A stretch of DNA of 64,000 bases from Candidatus Falkowbacteria bacterium (GTDB taxonomy: Bacteria > Patescibacteriota > Patescibacteriia > UBA11705 > JABHMO01): contig JABHMO010000043.1 in the NCBI GenBank assembly GCA_018693855.1, forward strand, positions 4,450-68,449, read 5' to 3'. The notes under the pieces are model-generated. The model made no database searches, was not told where the DNA came from, and saw only the letters and a list, made by a program, of their open reading frames with translations. This document shows positions 20,062 through 28,750 of the stretch, one piece after another; position 1 is the stretch's first letter, and each line of letters begins with the position of its first letter. Made by a program: the position numbers and the translations under genes.

Positions 20062-20286
20062 TCAAATTTTCAGACTAGGTGTTGATCTGCGCCAAAACAC
20101 CAAGTCGCCCTCAGGAACCGTCTCCTCCTGTCCTTCTTCATAAACGATAATTGTAAATTTTGGATGCAAGTCGCTATGCAGACGAGATTCTCCAATCTCA
20201 ACCTCAACAGCAACAGCAGCAGCATTTGTTGAAAAAATCACTCCGCAAAGTGACTGAGCCGCAAAATATTGTTCATTGCCACACAT
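20062..20286 (-). CDS. small hypothetical protein (74 aa)
   Basis: ATG 20286 after AGGGAGG; own TTGACA-17-TATACT promoter near 20375-20403. Confidence 0.6.
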   Translation of the reverse strand: MCGNEQYFAAQSLCGVIFSTNAAAVAVEVEIGESRLHSDLHPKFTIIVYEEGQEETVPEGDLVFWRRSTPSLKI

Positions 20287-20540
20287 ACAAACCTCCCTTG
20301 CTAGAAAAACCAAGAAAACAAAAACAACCAAAATGTATAAATTTAGATAAATTGTTAATGAGTACTGATTTTTGAGTATATCACATTTTCCAAAGTCTGT
20401 CAAAACGGGTCATCGCAATTAGTTGCATTTTTACTAAAATTAGAATATAATGACGGAGTGAATCGAAGTGAATACAAGTAAATATAAGTGAATATATGCG
20501 AGTCTAAGTAAATCTAAGCTCAAAAGACACTTCAACCAAT

Positions 20541-20996
20541 ATGAAAGGTATTACAAACAAACAAGCGTACTTTAGCTTTGAAATTCTGGATAAACTAGAA
20601 GTTGGTGTTGTATTACATGGATATGAGGTAAAATCAGTAAAAGCTGGTCAAATTAGCTTAAAAGGCTCTTATGTTTCAATTAGAAGCAATCCAAAACCAG
20701 AACTATTTTTAATCAATGCAAATATATCAAGATATCCAAAAGCAGGACCACTCCCCGACTACAATCCTGAGAGAGAAAGAAAACTGCTAATTAACAAGTC
20801 AGAATTGAATAAATTAATAGGAAAATTAGAGCAAACAGGCTTGACAATCGTACCACTTAAGGTGTATACTAAACGCAATCTCGTAAAGCTTGAGATCGGA
20901 TTAGCAAAAGGAAAAAAGCTTTATCAGAAGAAACAAGAAAAGAAAAAACAAGACGTTGAAAAGGAAATTCGACGGGCAGTAAAATTCCAGAGATAA
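20541..20996 (+). CDS. smpB: SsrA-binding protein
   Basis: NKQAYF...GVVLHGYEVKS...RERKLL...GLTIVPLKVY...KLEIGLAKGKK; adjacent to tmRNA. Confidence 0.97.
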   Translation: MKGITNKQAYFSFEILDKLEVGVVLHGYEVKSVKAGQISLKGSYVSIRSNPKPELFLINANISRYPKAGPLPDYNPERERKLLINKSELNKLIGKLEQTGLTIVPLKVYTKRNLVKLEIGLAKGKKLYQKKQEKKKQDVEKEIRRAVKFQR

Positions 20997-21041
20997 CGTT
21001 TGACATTTAACATTTGACTCAATTTTGAAATTTGTTATTTG

Positions 21042-21074
21042 CCTGCCTTGCCGAAGCTGAGTAGCGTAGGCAGG
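21042..21074. repeat. REP-like palindrome CCTGCC...GGCAGG
   Basis: Near reverse complement of 16101-16137; relatives at 22191, 44064, 52546 and 60187. Confidence 0.7.
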
Positions 21075-21116
21075 TTTGTAATTTGTTATTTGGAATTTGG
21101 TGCTTACGTCAGTCCC

Positions 21117-21506
21117 GGGGATGCTGGGCTTCGACAAGCGATTTTATTCTATTTTGTGCAGAATGAGCTCTTAGCTGCTCATAAAACCGTTAAGAAAATT
21201 TTAAGTGCAAATACACTTTCAAGCAAAGTAAAATCATTGTTCGCAATGCCAAGCTTTGCGCCTGTTGCAGTTTAATTTTTAACTCAACCATCGGTCCTCA
21301 GATACTCACTATGAGATCACTGGTGTAAACTTAGCGAGTGTAGATTGTAGAAGTTCTCTGGTCTACAATTGAAATCATAATTAGAGATCGAGATTTAACT
21401 TTTTTGTCTTGCCTTTAGGTTAAATTTCTAAAAATCAGGCTCGACTAATTCTGTAGAATCAACATAGTTGATTGTTTGGACGCGGGTTCAACTCCCGCCA
21501 TCTCCA
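21117..21506 (+). ncRNA. ssrA: tmRNA; tag peptide (A)ANTLSSKVKSLFAMPSFAPVAV
   Basis: 5' GGGGATG...TTCGAC; 3' GGACGCGGGTTCAACTCCCGCCATCTCCA with G.U alanine acceptor stem; tag ORF 21207-21275. Confidence 0.95.
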
Positions 21507-21618
21507 CTTCTCGATTCGCTCCACTCACTCGAAGCCTACGGCCTCTAGGAGGGCGAGAGATTATTACCAAAACTATAAATCTGTACAATCTGTATTCAGA
21601 TCTGTACATCCGTACCCA

Positions 21619-22164
21619 ATGAGAAAATCATACAAATTTAAAAAAAGACAAACAGTAGTGAAGAAGTTTGCGTATAATTGGAAAATAAGATCCAAGGATG
21701 TTGTTGTTATTGATTCAGATGGAGAACAACTTGGAGAGATGACGACAAGAGACGCGATTAATATGGCTCAAGAAAAAGGGTTTGATCTTGTAGAAGTACA
21801 GCCAACTGCCACTCCTCCAATTTGTAAAGTCATGAACTACGGAAGTTTCCAATACAAAAGAGAAAAACAACTTAAAAAACAAAAAGCTCAAGCAAAAACA
21901 CTTGATGTAAAAAGTGTTCGAATCTCACTTAAGATCGGAGAACACGATAAACAGACTAGAATCAAACAAGCAAATAAATTTTTAGAAAAAGGTCATAAAA
22001 TAAAAATCGAATTAATTTTGCGTGGTCGTGAGTTCACTCACATGGACATGGCTAGAAAAATGGTTCGAGATTTCAAAGATGAACTTTCAGTTAATACTCA
22101 AGTTGAGCAAGATGTTACGAAACAAGGTAATAAACTGTTCATCATTCTGATTCCGGAGAAGTAA
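21619..22164 (+). CDS. infC: translation initiation factor IF-3
   Basis: DLVEVQPTATPPICKVMNYG, IGEHD, LRGRE; likely ATG at 21619. Confidence 0.95.
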   Translation: MRKSYKFKKRQTVVKKFAYNWKIRSKDVVVIDSDGEQLGEMTTRDAINMAQEKGFDLVEVQPTATPPICKVMNYGSFQYKREKQLKKQKAQAKTLDVKSVRISLKIGEHDKQTRIKQANKFLEKGHKIKIELILRGREFTHMDMARKMVRDFKDELSVNTQVEQDVTKQGNKLFIILIPEK

Positions 22165-22388
22165 TCAGTTAACCGGTTAACCTCGCTTCGCCAGCCCGCA
22201 AAGCTACAGCGTTGCTGGAGGGCTGTTAATCAAGTTAACACAGTTAATCATTGACTTAAATTAAAGAATCCTTTATACTATCGAAATCATTACAATAACA
22301 TGCCAAGGCGGATGAAAGTTATAACTCTGGCTCTCTGTACTAGTCTCTAAAAAGCCTCCTATAGCCTCATATAGCCTCCTAAGTTCAT

Positions 22389-22583
22389 ATGGGAAAGATT
22401 AAAACAATTAAAGCAGTTACAAAACGAGTAAAAGTAACAAAAACAGGTAAGATCATGAAGAAAAAAGCTGGTCGAGACCATTATAATTCAAGAGAAAAAA
22501 GTAAAGTTACAAGAAACAAACGAAGAAAAACTCAGCTTTCAAAAGCAAACGTTAAAAACGTTAGAAACTTTATCCAAAAATAA
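22389..22583 (+). CDS. rpmI: 50S ribosomal protein L35
   Basis: KIKTIKAVTKRVKVTKTGKI; infC-rpmI-rplT order. Confidence 0.93.
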   Translation: MGKIKTIKAVTKRVKVTKTGKIMKKKAGRDHYNSREKSKVTRNKRRKTQLSKANVKNVRNFIQK

Positions 22584-22589
22584 TCAAAA

Positions 22590-22670
22590 AGTTGAATAGT
22601 TGATTTGTTTATTAGTTGATTATTACTACAGTCCAAACTATCAACCAATCAACCTATAAACCAATAAACC
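22590..22670 (+). repeat. inverted 8-mer array pair (empty element)
   Basis: ...ttagttgattatt-actacagtcca-aactatcaaccaat...; near-identical core on the - strand at 28684-28750. Confidence 0.75.
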
Positions 22671-22676
22671 ACTCCT

Positions 22677-23030
22677 ATGCCTAGAGTAAAAAGAGGAACA
22701 ATTCATACAAAACGAAGACGTAACATATTAAAAGCTACAAAAGGTTTTCGTCATGGTCGGAAAAAGCTTATCAAACTAGCTAAGACTGCAATGGTTAAAG
22801 CTGGAGCATACGCTTACAGAGATAGACGAACCAAGAAAAGAGTTATTCGTAGATTATGGCAAATCAAACTTAATGCAGCTGTTCGAGTGTTCGATCTAAG
22901 TTACAGTAAATTCATCCACGCACTTAAATCTAACAAGATTGAAATGGACAGAAAAGTGCTAGCTGACATCGCAGAAAACAATACTGAAATTTTTGCGAAA
23001 TTAGTAGAAAAGATTAAACCTGCTAAATAA
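22677..23030 (+). CDS. rplT: 50S ribosomal protein L20
   Basis: MPRVKRG...YAYRDRR..KR..RRLW...YSKFI...DRKVLA. Confidence 0.97.
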   Translation: MPRVKRGTIHTKRRRNILKATKGFRHGRKKLIKLAKTAMVKAGAYAYRDRRTKKRVIRRLWQIKLNAAVRVFDLSYSKFIHALKSNKIEMDRKVLADIAENNTEIFAKLVEKIKPAK

Positions 23031-23112
23031 ACTTCAATAAAAAAAGATCGACCGTAAAGGTTGATTTTTTTATTTATAAAGAAAAAACACAACGTAAGTT
23101 GTGTTTTTTCCC

Positions 23113-23189
23113 TGGCGGACCGGACGAGACTCGAACTCGCGATCTCCTGCGTGACAGGCAGGTGTGTTAACCAACTACACCACCGATCC
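23113..23189 (-). tRNA. tRNA-Asp (GTC)
   Basis: GGATCGG..TAGTTGGTTAAC..CCTGC CTGTCAC GCAGG..GTTCGAGTC..CCGGTCC GCCA, 77 nt. Confidence 0.96.
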
Positions 23190-23316
23190 AGATATATACA
23201 TCTAAAAAATGTAATTAGATTATAAACGATTACTAACTTTAAGTCAATAGTTTATTAACAAAACAAAAGGTCTGACTTATGAGGTCAAACCTTTAAATGA
23301 CTGTCTCTGCACAATA

Positions 23317-23559
23317 TCAAGTGGATGAATCCAGCTCGAAATAGGCAGCTGAGATTTCTTGATTTGTGCCATCCACTCGTTCAAGAACGAGAAATTGATG
23401 GTGCCCGACCATGGCCGTTTGATCTTCAGGCACAGCTTTCACGTCGAGAACTCGACATGGACCGCCCCCAAACGTAGCATAGACAGCTGCGTGCAAAGGG
23501 TCTTGATATTTCTTCTTGAAAACCACTTTATCACCAACCTTGAAAGTTTGTTTCGCCAT
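23317..23559 (-). CDS. small hypothetical protein with VGHHQ motif (80 aa)
   Basis: ATG 23559; own TTGACA-17-TATACT promoter; paralog of 24066-24590. Confidence 0.75.
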   Translation of the reverse strand: MAKQTFKVGDKVVFKKKYQDPLHAAVYATFGGGPCRVLDVKAVPEDQTAMVGHHQFLVLERVDGTNQEISAAYFELDSST

Positions 23560-23640
23560 CAGTATACCTTTCAGCGAAGGAGGTTGTAAAATCCAGAAAC
23601 ATTGTAGTATATCAGTTATTCTCAAATGTGTCAATAACAA

Positions 23641-23838
23641 AAAAAATCCCTCGCAGAGATTTTCATGAGTTATCCACTCTGTTCAGCCCGACGGGTTTGC
23701 GATCGCCGAGGTGAAACTCTAAAGTGGGTTCATAAAAATACAGATTCTACGAGGGGTGATCTAGCCAAACGAGCAACTTCAGAAGCAACATCTGAATCGG
23801 ACATAGGTTCGAAGCCACTACTGTGCTGACCAAATCAA
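23641..23838 (-). ncRNA. candidate ~200-nt non-coding RNA (possibly 6S-like)
   Basis: Perfect TTGACA-17-TATAAT (23872-23844) and terminator 23641-23664 bracket a region with no ORF over ~30 aa; 5' and 3' ends are partly complementary. Confidence 0.35.
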
Positions 23839-23877
23839 TCGTTATTATAGTGGATAAAGCCACTTGTGTCAAGGGAT

Positions 23878-24030
23878 ACGAATGACGCGATGCTAATCCA
23901 CGAATCACACGAATGCCACGAACGCTTCGCCATGCAAATCCACGAATTACACGAATAATCGATTATTCGTGTAATTCGCATCATTCGCAAGAACATTCGC
24001 AGAATTCGCATGTCATTCGCGGATTAGCAT
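23878..24030. repeat. inverted CGAAT/ATTCG array pair (large hairpin)
   Basis: cgatgctaatccac...cacgaataatcgattattcgtg...ggattagcatc; related element at 43935-44140. Confidence 0.7.
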
Positions 24031-24065
24031 CACTATAATTCAAAAAACCGACCAAGAGTGGCCGG

Positions 24066-24590
24066 TCACATATAAGCTGCATCATTCGGATCCCTATCAG
24101 GATCGGAAAAATCTAGATTAAAAATCCAAACAAGAAAAAGACCAATACCAATTCCCCAAAAGGCAGATTTGAGAGTTGAAAATCCAAAATTGGAATTAAA
24201 GAGAATGAAACTCACTGTTCCGCTGCCTAGGAAGATCAATAGACTTGCAAGAAAGCCTAGGTGTTTTTTACTTGATTTTTCATAAGGAACAACAAGTGCT
24301 CCAGAAAAAACATAGACTTCCCCATTTGCCAATCGAACTGTTAGCAGTTGATGGTGTCCCACACCACATTTATCCAGAAATGGTAAAGTTGATTTCTCAA
24401 CTAATGCGACCATTTCTAAAACAAAAGGTTCATCTCCAACTTTTTCTCGAAGAGAACTCACCGCCTTTTCCCATTTCGGATCACTTGATAACACCACCAA
24501 CTGACCGGGCTCAAAAGTATATTCACCTTGCTTAATTTTCGGTACCCCACTTGTTCCGAAATCAGAATCAGCTTCGCTACCAGTTCCCAT
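24066..24590 (-). CDS. VGHHQ-motif domain fused to two C-terminal TMs
   Basis: ATG 24590 after AAAGGAG; aligns with the 23317-23559 product. Confidence 0.75.
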   Translation of the reverse strand: MGTGSEADSDFGTSGVPKIKQGEYTFEPGQLVVLSSDPKWEKAVSSLREKVGDEPFVLEMVALVEKSTLPFLDKCGVGHHQLLTVRLANGEVYVFSGALVVPYEKSSKKHLGFLASLLIFLGSGTVSFILFNSNFGFSTLKSAFWGIGIGLFLVWIFNLDFSDPDRDPNDAAYM

Positions 24591-24745
24591 GATCGTTCTC
24601 CTTTTTATCAAAGAAACAATGAATTAACTGTGATAAATGTTATATTATCAATCAAGTAACAATTTGTCAATATTTATATTTGAAAATTTGAATTTATGAT
24701 TTGTTTCGAATTTCGGATTTCGAGTTTCGAATTTTGCATTGTTTA

Positions 24746-25990
24746 CTATTCGTGTCTTAATGCCTCTATAGGATCTAAACCTGCGGCTTTCTTCGCTGGA
24801 TACAGACCAAAAACAAGACCAACGACAATCGACATCAGAGTTGCTAAGAACATACCGAAATATGATACGCTAAAATCCCAGTTAAAACCTTGACTGTTTG
24901 CACCGACTGAAATTAAAAATGATAAAATAATTCCTATAATAATTCCAATAATACCACCGATCAATGTGATAATTACTGATTCCCAAAGGAACTGCCACAT
25001 GATAACAGAACTTTTTGCACCGACGGCTTTACGTAAACCGATTTCGTAAGTTCGTTCTGTTACAGAGACGTACATGATATTCATTATACCAACGCCTCCA
25101 ACCACAAGTGATATCGAACCAAGTAAAATTAATAGGATTTGTATTCCATTAACAACAACATCCATCATCTCAGCTGCCTGCTCCATGGAAACAACGGCAA
25201 AATCATCTTTATCAGGATCATCAATCTCGTGAGCATCACGCATAATCCATTCCATATCTGCTACTGTTTGATCACCAAGCTCAGTGTCAATCATCTGAGC
25301 AAAAATAAACGAAATATAATCAATACCTAAAATTCTTTTTTGCAGCGTTTGCACAGGCACAATCGCCATATTATCCCAATCAAACCCAAACGTCGCTCCC
25401 CTTTCCTCAGTAACTCCAATTACCTTAAATCTTTCTTTCCCTAATTTCACAAAATTATCAACTGGATCAGTTTGACCAAATAGTTTATCAGCCAACTTCG
25501 GTCCTAAGACAGCAACTTTTGTTAATGAGTTGTCCTCCTCTTTTGTAAAGAAACGTCCACTAACAACTTCTGTTTGATCAATATTGATAAAGTCAGCACT
25601 TACGCCAAACAAGAATGCTTTTGTTAATTCACTACTATAGCTGATCGCCTCCTGTCCCATTACTCCACCATAATATTGAGAGATATTTGGATGTTTCCCA
25701 ATTTCATCAGCATCATCAAGAGTCATAGTTGTAATAGCTGCCCCACCAATCATACTAAAAGCATTTTCAACTGAAGCCTGAGAAGTGGAAGGCGTTTTCA
25801 CCTCAACTTCAATAGTCCCTGATCCAAAAGACTCAATCTCAGCAATTATAAAATTTTCAATTGCATTCCCTGCTGACAACACAACAATAACGGAAGTTAT
25901 CCCAATTACAACACCAAGCAGGGATAGCACTGTTCTGCTTCTATTTTTACGTAAGTTTTGTTTTGCGATGTTAAAGCTTAGGAAACGCAT
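24746..25990 (-). CDS. ABC transporter permease (MacB/FtsX family)
   Basis: RTVLSLLGVVIG, GGVGIMNIMYVSVTERTYEIGLRKAVGA, PIEALRHE. Confidence 0.95.
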   Translation of the reverse strand: MRFLSFNIAKQNLRKNRSRTVLSLLGVVIGITSVIVVLSAGNAIENFIIAEIESFGSGTIEVEVKTPSTSQASVENAFSMIGGAAITTMTLDDADEIGKHPNISQYYGGVMGQEAISYSSELTKAFLFGVSADFINIDQTEVVSGRFFTKEEDNSLTKVAVLGPKLADKLFGQTDPVDNFVKLGKERFKVIGVTEERGATFGFDWDNMAIVPVQTLQKRILGIDYISFIFAQMIDTELGDQTVADMEWIMRDAHEIDDPDKDDFAVVSMEQAAEMMDVVVNGIQILLILLGSISLVVGGVGIMNIMYVSVTERTYEIGLRKAVGAKSSVIMWQFLWESVIITLIGGIIGIIIGIILSFLISVGANSQGFNWDFSVSYFGMFLATLMSIVVGLVFGLYPAKKAAGLDPIEALRHE

Positions 25991-25995
25991 AATCA

Positions 25996-26068
25996 CAGTT
26001 AATCGGTTAATCAGTTGACCCGTTAACCAGTTAATCCGTTAACCAGTTAACCCGTCAACCAGTTAATC
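25996..26068 (+). repeat. 8-mer array (NNGTTAAY), left flank of the four-helix-bundle gene
   Basis: cagttaatcggttaatcagttgacccgttaaccagttaatccgttaacc... Confidence 0.8.
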
Positions 26069-26089
26069 CTAACTATTACAACATTAATT

Positions 26090-26461
26090 TCATTTACTAT
26101 CCGCTTTAGATCTTAAATATTTAATCTGCTCGTTAATTTTTATAATCAAACTCTCATATCTGTTTATTAAATCATTAGACTTATCTTTCGAAAGATAATC
26201 CCTTCCTGACGCAACAGACAAATGGCTTTGTACTTCTTCTGCTTCTCCCCTTGAAATATACAACACTCTTATTTTATCCAAATAATAATATCTGCCATGA
26301 CTCTCAGCTATATTCGCGATAACAGAGTTCGCAGCTTTTATCATTTGTTGAACTAATGCATACTTTTCAATATCGGGAAATTTACTTGTGACTTCATAAA
26401 TCTCCATCAATAAATCATATCCTATTTGCCAAATTTTCATTTTATTAAAACCTTCAGCCAT
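26090..26461 (-). CDS. four helix bundle protein (23S rRNA intervening sequence protein family)
   Basis: FPDIEKYALVQQMIKAANSVIANIAESHGR...ISRGEAEEV. Confidence 0.92.
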   Translation of the reverse strand: MAEGFNKMKIWQIGYDLLMEIYEVTSKFPDIEKYALVQQMIKAANSVIANIAESHGRYYYLDKIRVLYISRGEAEEVQSHLSVASGRDYLSKDKSNDLINRYESLIIKINEQIKYLRSKADSK

Positions 26462-26493
26462 ATTATTAAATAATTACTTTTTTGTATTTAAAA

Positions 26494-26526
26494 GATTAAC
26501 TGATTAACCGGTTAACTGGTTAACCG
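26494..26526 (-). repeat. 8-mer array, right flank, inverted relative to the left flank
   Basis: Reverse complement cggttaaccagttaaccggttaatcagttaatc matches the left array. Confidence 0.8.
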
Positions 26527-26530
26527 CGAC

Positions 26531-27769
26531 TCATTCGTACCTAAGCGCTACAATCGGATCAAACTTCGAAGCTTTACTTGCTGGATAAATTCCAAATATT
26601 AAACCAATAGCAACACTTACACCACATGAAAGTAATAATGAGGTTGGAGTGATGACAAAATCCCAATCATAACCAAGATATCTGACAATGGTTGCGGTTA
26701 AAAAGGAAAAAGCAACTCCGATTAAAATACCTATTACAGCAGCAATAAGCGTTATTGAAACAGATTCTACGAGGAACTGCCAGATAATGTCTTTTTTCTT
26801 GGCTCCAAGTGCTTTTTTCAAACCAACTTCTTGAATCCGTTCAGTTACTGCAGCCAACATGATATTCATAATCCCAATACCTCCAACAACTAAAGAGATA
26901 GCAGCGATAGCTACTAAAAAGTACTTTAACGAACTTGTTACGGCTGTTAGACTTCCTAAAGCCGCTGCTGTGTTTGCCACTTCAAAATCATCTTTACTCG
27001 GATTATCAATATTATGCCGATCACGCAGTATTTCCTGAGCCTGAACCACAACATAATCCATATTATCTTCGTCATCTACTTCCATTCGAATAAATCCAAC
27101 ATGATTAATACCAACTATTTTTTTCTGAACTGTCGTAACTGGGACAAAAATCATCTTGTCAGTATTTTGAAATGCTACAACACCTTTTGCTTCTAAAACA
27201 CCGACCACTCTATAGTTTCTTTTTTTAATTTTAATAGTTTGCCCAATCGCATCTTGATCATTAAAAAGTTCTTGTTTTATTTCACTTCCCAAAACAACAA
27301 CGTTACTTAACAAAGTTTCATCTTCGTCTAAAATAAACCGTCCAGAAGCTACATCACTATCAGAAATTTCTAAATAACCTTCACTAACTCCTTGAATATT
27401 CGCGGTTACTTTTTGATTTTGATAAGTCACTGGTTCCATTGTCGTAACGTATGATGAAATCGCCACGACTTCAGGAATTTGCGTTTCTAGAGCTTTTTTA
27501 TCATCATTAGTCAAAGTAGTAATAACAACACCAAAAACAGCTGCTGGCGGCCCGTCACCATCACTATTGCCAGGTAAAACGCCTACTAAATTTGAACCAA
27601 CACTTCGAATCTGATTCACAATAAGACTTTCTGCACCTGCACCAACTGACAAAACAATTATCACAGACGAAATACCAATAATAATTCCCAGCATAGTCAA
27701 AAAAGAGCGCATCTTACTGGCTCGTAGATTTTTAATTGACATTTTAATGCTGTTTATGATTATTCTCAT
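26531..27769 (-). CDS. ABC transporter permease (MacB/FtsX family)
   Basis: RSFLTMLGIIIG, GGIGIMNIM...ERIQEVGLKKALGA; real start 27769, since the upstream extension is a translated 10-mer repeat. Confidence 0.95.
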   Translation of the reverse strand: MRIIINSIKMSIKNLRASKMRSFLTMLGIIIGISSVIIVLSVGAGAESLIVNQIRSVGSNLVGVLPGNSDGDGPPAAVFGVVITTLTNDDKKALETQIPEVVAISSYVTTMEPVTYQNQKVTANIQGVSEGYLEISDSDVASGRFILDEDETLLSNVVVLGSEIKQELFNDQDAIGQTIKIKKRNYRVVGVLEAKGVVAFQNTDKMIFVPVTTVQKKIVGINHVGFIRMEVDDEDNMDYVVVQAQEILRDRHNIDNPSKDDFEVANTAAALGSLTAVTSSLKYFLVAIAAISLVVGGIGIMNIMLAAVTERIQEVGLKKALGAKKKDIIWQFLVESVSITLIAAVIGILIGVAFSFLTATIVRYLGYDWDFVITPTSLLLSCGVSVAIGLIFGIYPASKASKFDPIVALRYE

Positions 27770-27954
27770 ATCGAAGTAAATAGAGGTGAATAGGAGTGAA
27801 TCGAAGTAAATCGAAGTGAATCGGAGTAAATCGAAGTTAATTAAAAGAGGGATAAGAGTAAGCAATCGTTTCCTGTTTAGAAATTAACGTTCCGCGTTCT
27901 GCCGTTCGGCCTCGAGCTCACGGCCGAGAGGCGATCCGCGATCCGCATTTTTCT

Positions 27955-28680
27955 CTACTTCTTAATACCTGCTCCTTCATCAGTATAAATTCGATTAGTA
28001 ATTTTCTCATCTGAAACAACGACACCATCCTGTAATTTAATCATACGTTCAGCGTGCTGAGCTGTATCTTCTTCGTGAGTAACTAAAATGATGGTAATTC
28101 CCTGCTTATCTAATTTTTGTAAAGTTGTCATAATAATTCCGGCTGTCTTACTGTCCAAATTACCAGTCGGTTCATCAGCGAAAATAATCGAAGGTTTATT
28201 CACAAGAGCTCGAGCAATAGCAACTCTTTGTTTTTCACCACCAGAAAGCTGATTTGAAAGATAGTCTCGTCTTTCAGACAACCCAACTAGAGCAATAGCG
28301 TCTTCAATCCTTTTCTTATGTTCATTAACAGGGACAGTACTGTACATCAGCGGTAATTGAACATTTTCAAAAACAGTTGTTCGAGGTAAAAGATTAAATG
28401 ATTGAAAAATAAAACCAACTTGAGAATTTCTAATCTCAGCCATCTCATCATCTTCCAAGTCTTTAATATTTTTATTTTTGAAATGATACTCACCACAACT
28501 AGGTTTATCCAAAAAACCTAAAACATTCATGAGGGTTGATTTCCCACTACCTGATCTTCCCATAATCGCAACAAACTCACCTTGTTCAATATTAAAAGAG
28601 ATGCTGTGAAGCACCTTTGTTACGACACCGTCGTTGTTGAATTCCTTACACAAGTCTTTTAGTTCAATTAACTTAGGCAT
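27955..28680 (-). CDS. ABC transporter ATP-binding protein (MacB/LolD family)
   Basis: [36 protein letters not shown]. Confidence 0.96.
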   Translation of the reverse strand: MPKLIELKDLCKEFNNDGVVTKVLHSISFNIEQGEFVAIMGRSGSGKSTLMNVLGFLDKPSCGEYHFKNKNIKDLEDDEMAEIRNSQVGFIFQSFNLLPRTTVFENVQLPLMYSTVPVNEHKKRIEDAIALVGLSERRDYLSNQLSGGEKQRVAIARALVNKPSIIFADEPTGNLDSKTAGIIMTTLQKLDKQGITIILVTHEEDTAQHAERMIKLQDGVVVSDEKITNRIYTDEGAGIKK

Positions 28681-28683
28681 AAA

Positions 28684-28750
28684 GTTGGTTTATTGGTTTA
28701 TTGGTTGATAGTTCTGACGATATTAATAATCAACTAATCAACCTATCAAC
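28684..28750 (-). repeat. inverted 8-mer array pair (empty element)
   Basis: - strand: ttagttgattatt-aatatcgtcag-aactatcaaccaat. Confidence 0.75.

Noticed and set aside
21039-21275. 78-aa ORF
   Set aside because: It spans a REP palindrome and tmRNA; only the tag portion is real
21472-21618. N-terminal extension of IF-3
   Set aside because: It overlaps the tmRNA 3' end; ATG 21619 fits better
23113-24611. tRNA-Asp-anchored integrative island
   Set aside because: The orphan genes lie 5' of the tRNA; no duplicated tRNA 3' end and no integrase seen
26090-26461. Diversity-generating retroelement (Avd)
   Set aside because: No reverse transcriptase and no TR/VR pair with adenine-specific differences seen in the window
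27770-27865. N-terminal extensions of the permease (and of RF1, 44050-44148)
   Set aside because: They are translations of repeat arrays or REP elements
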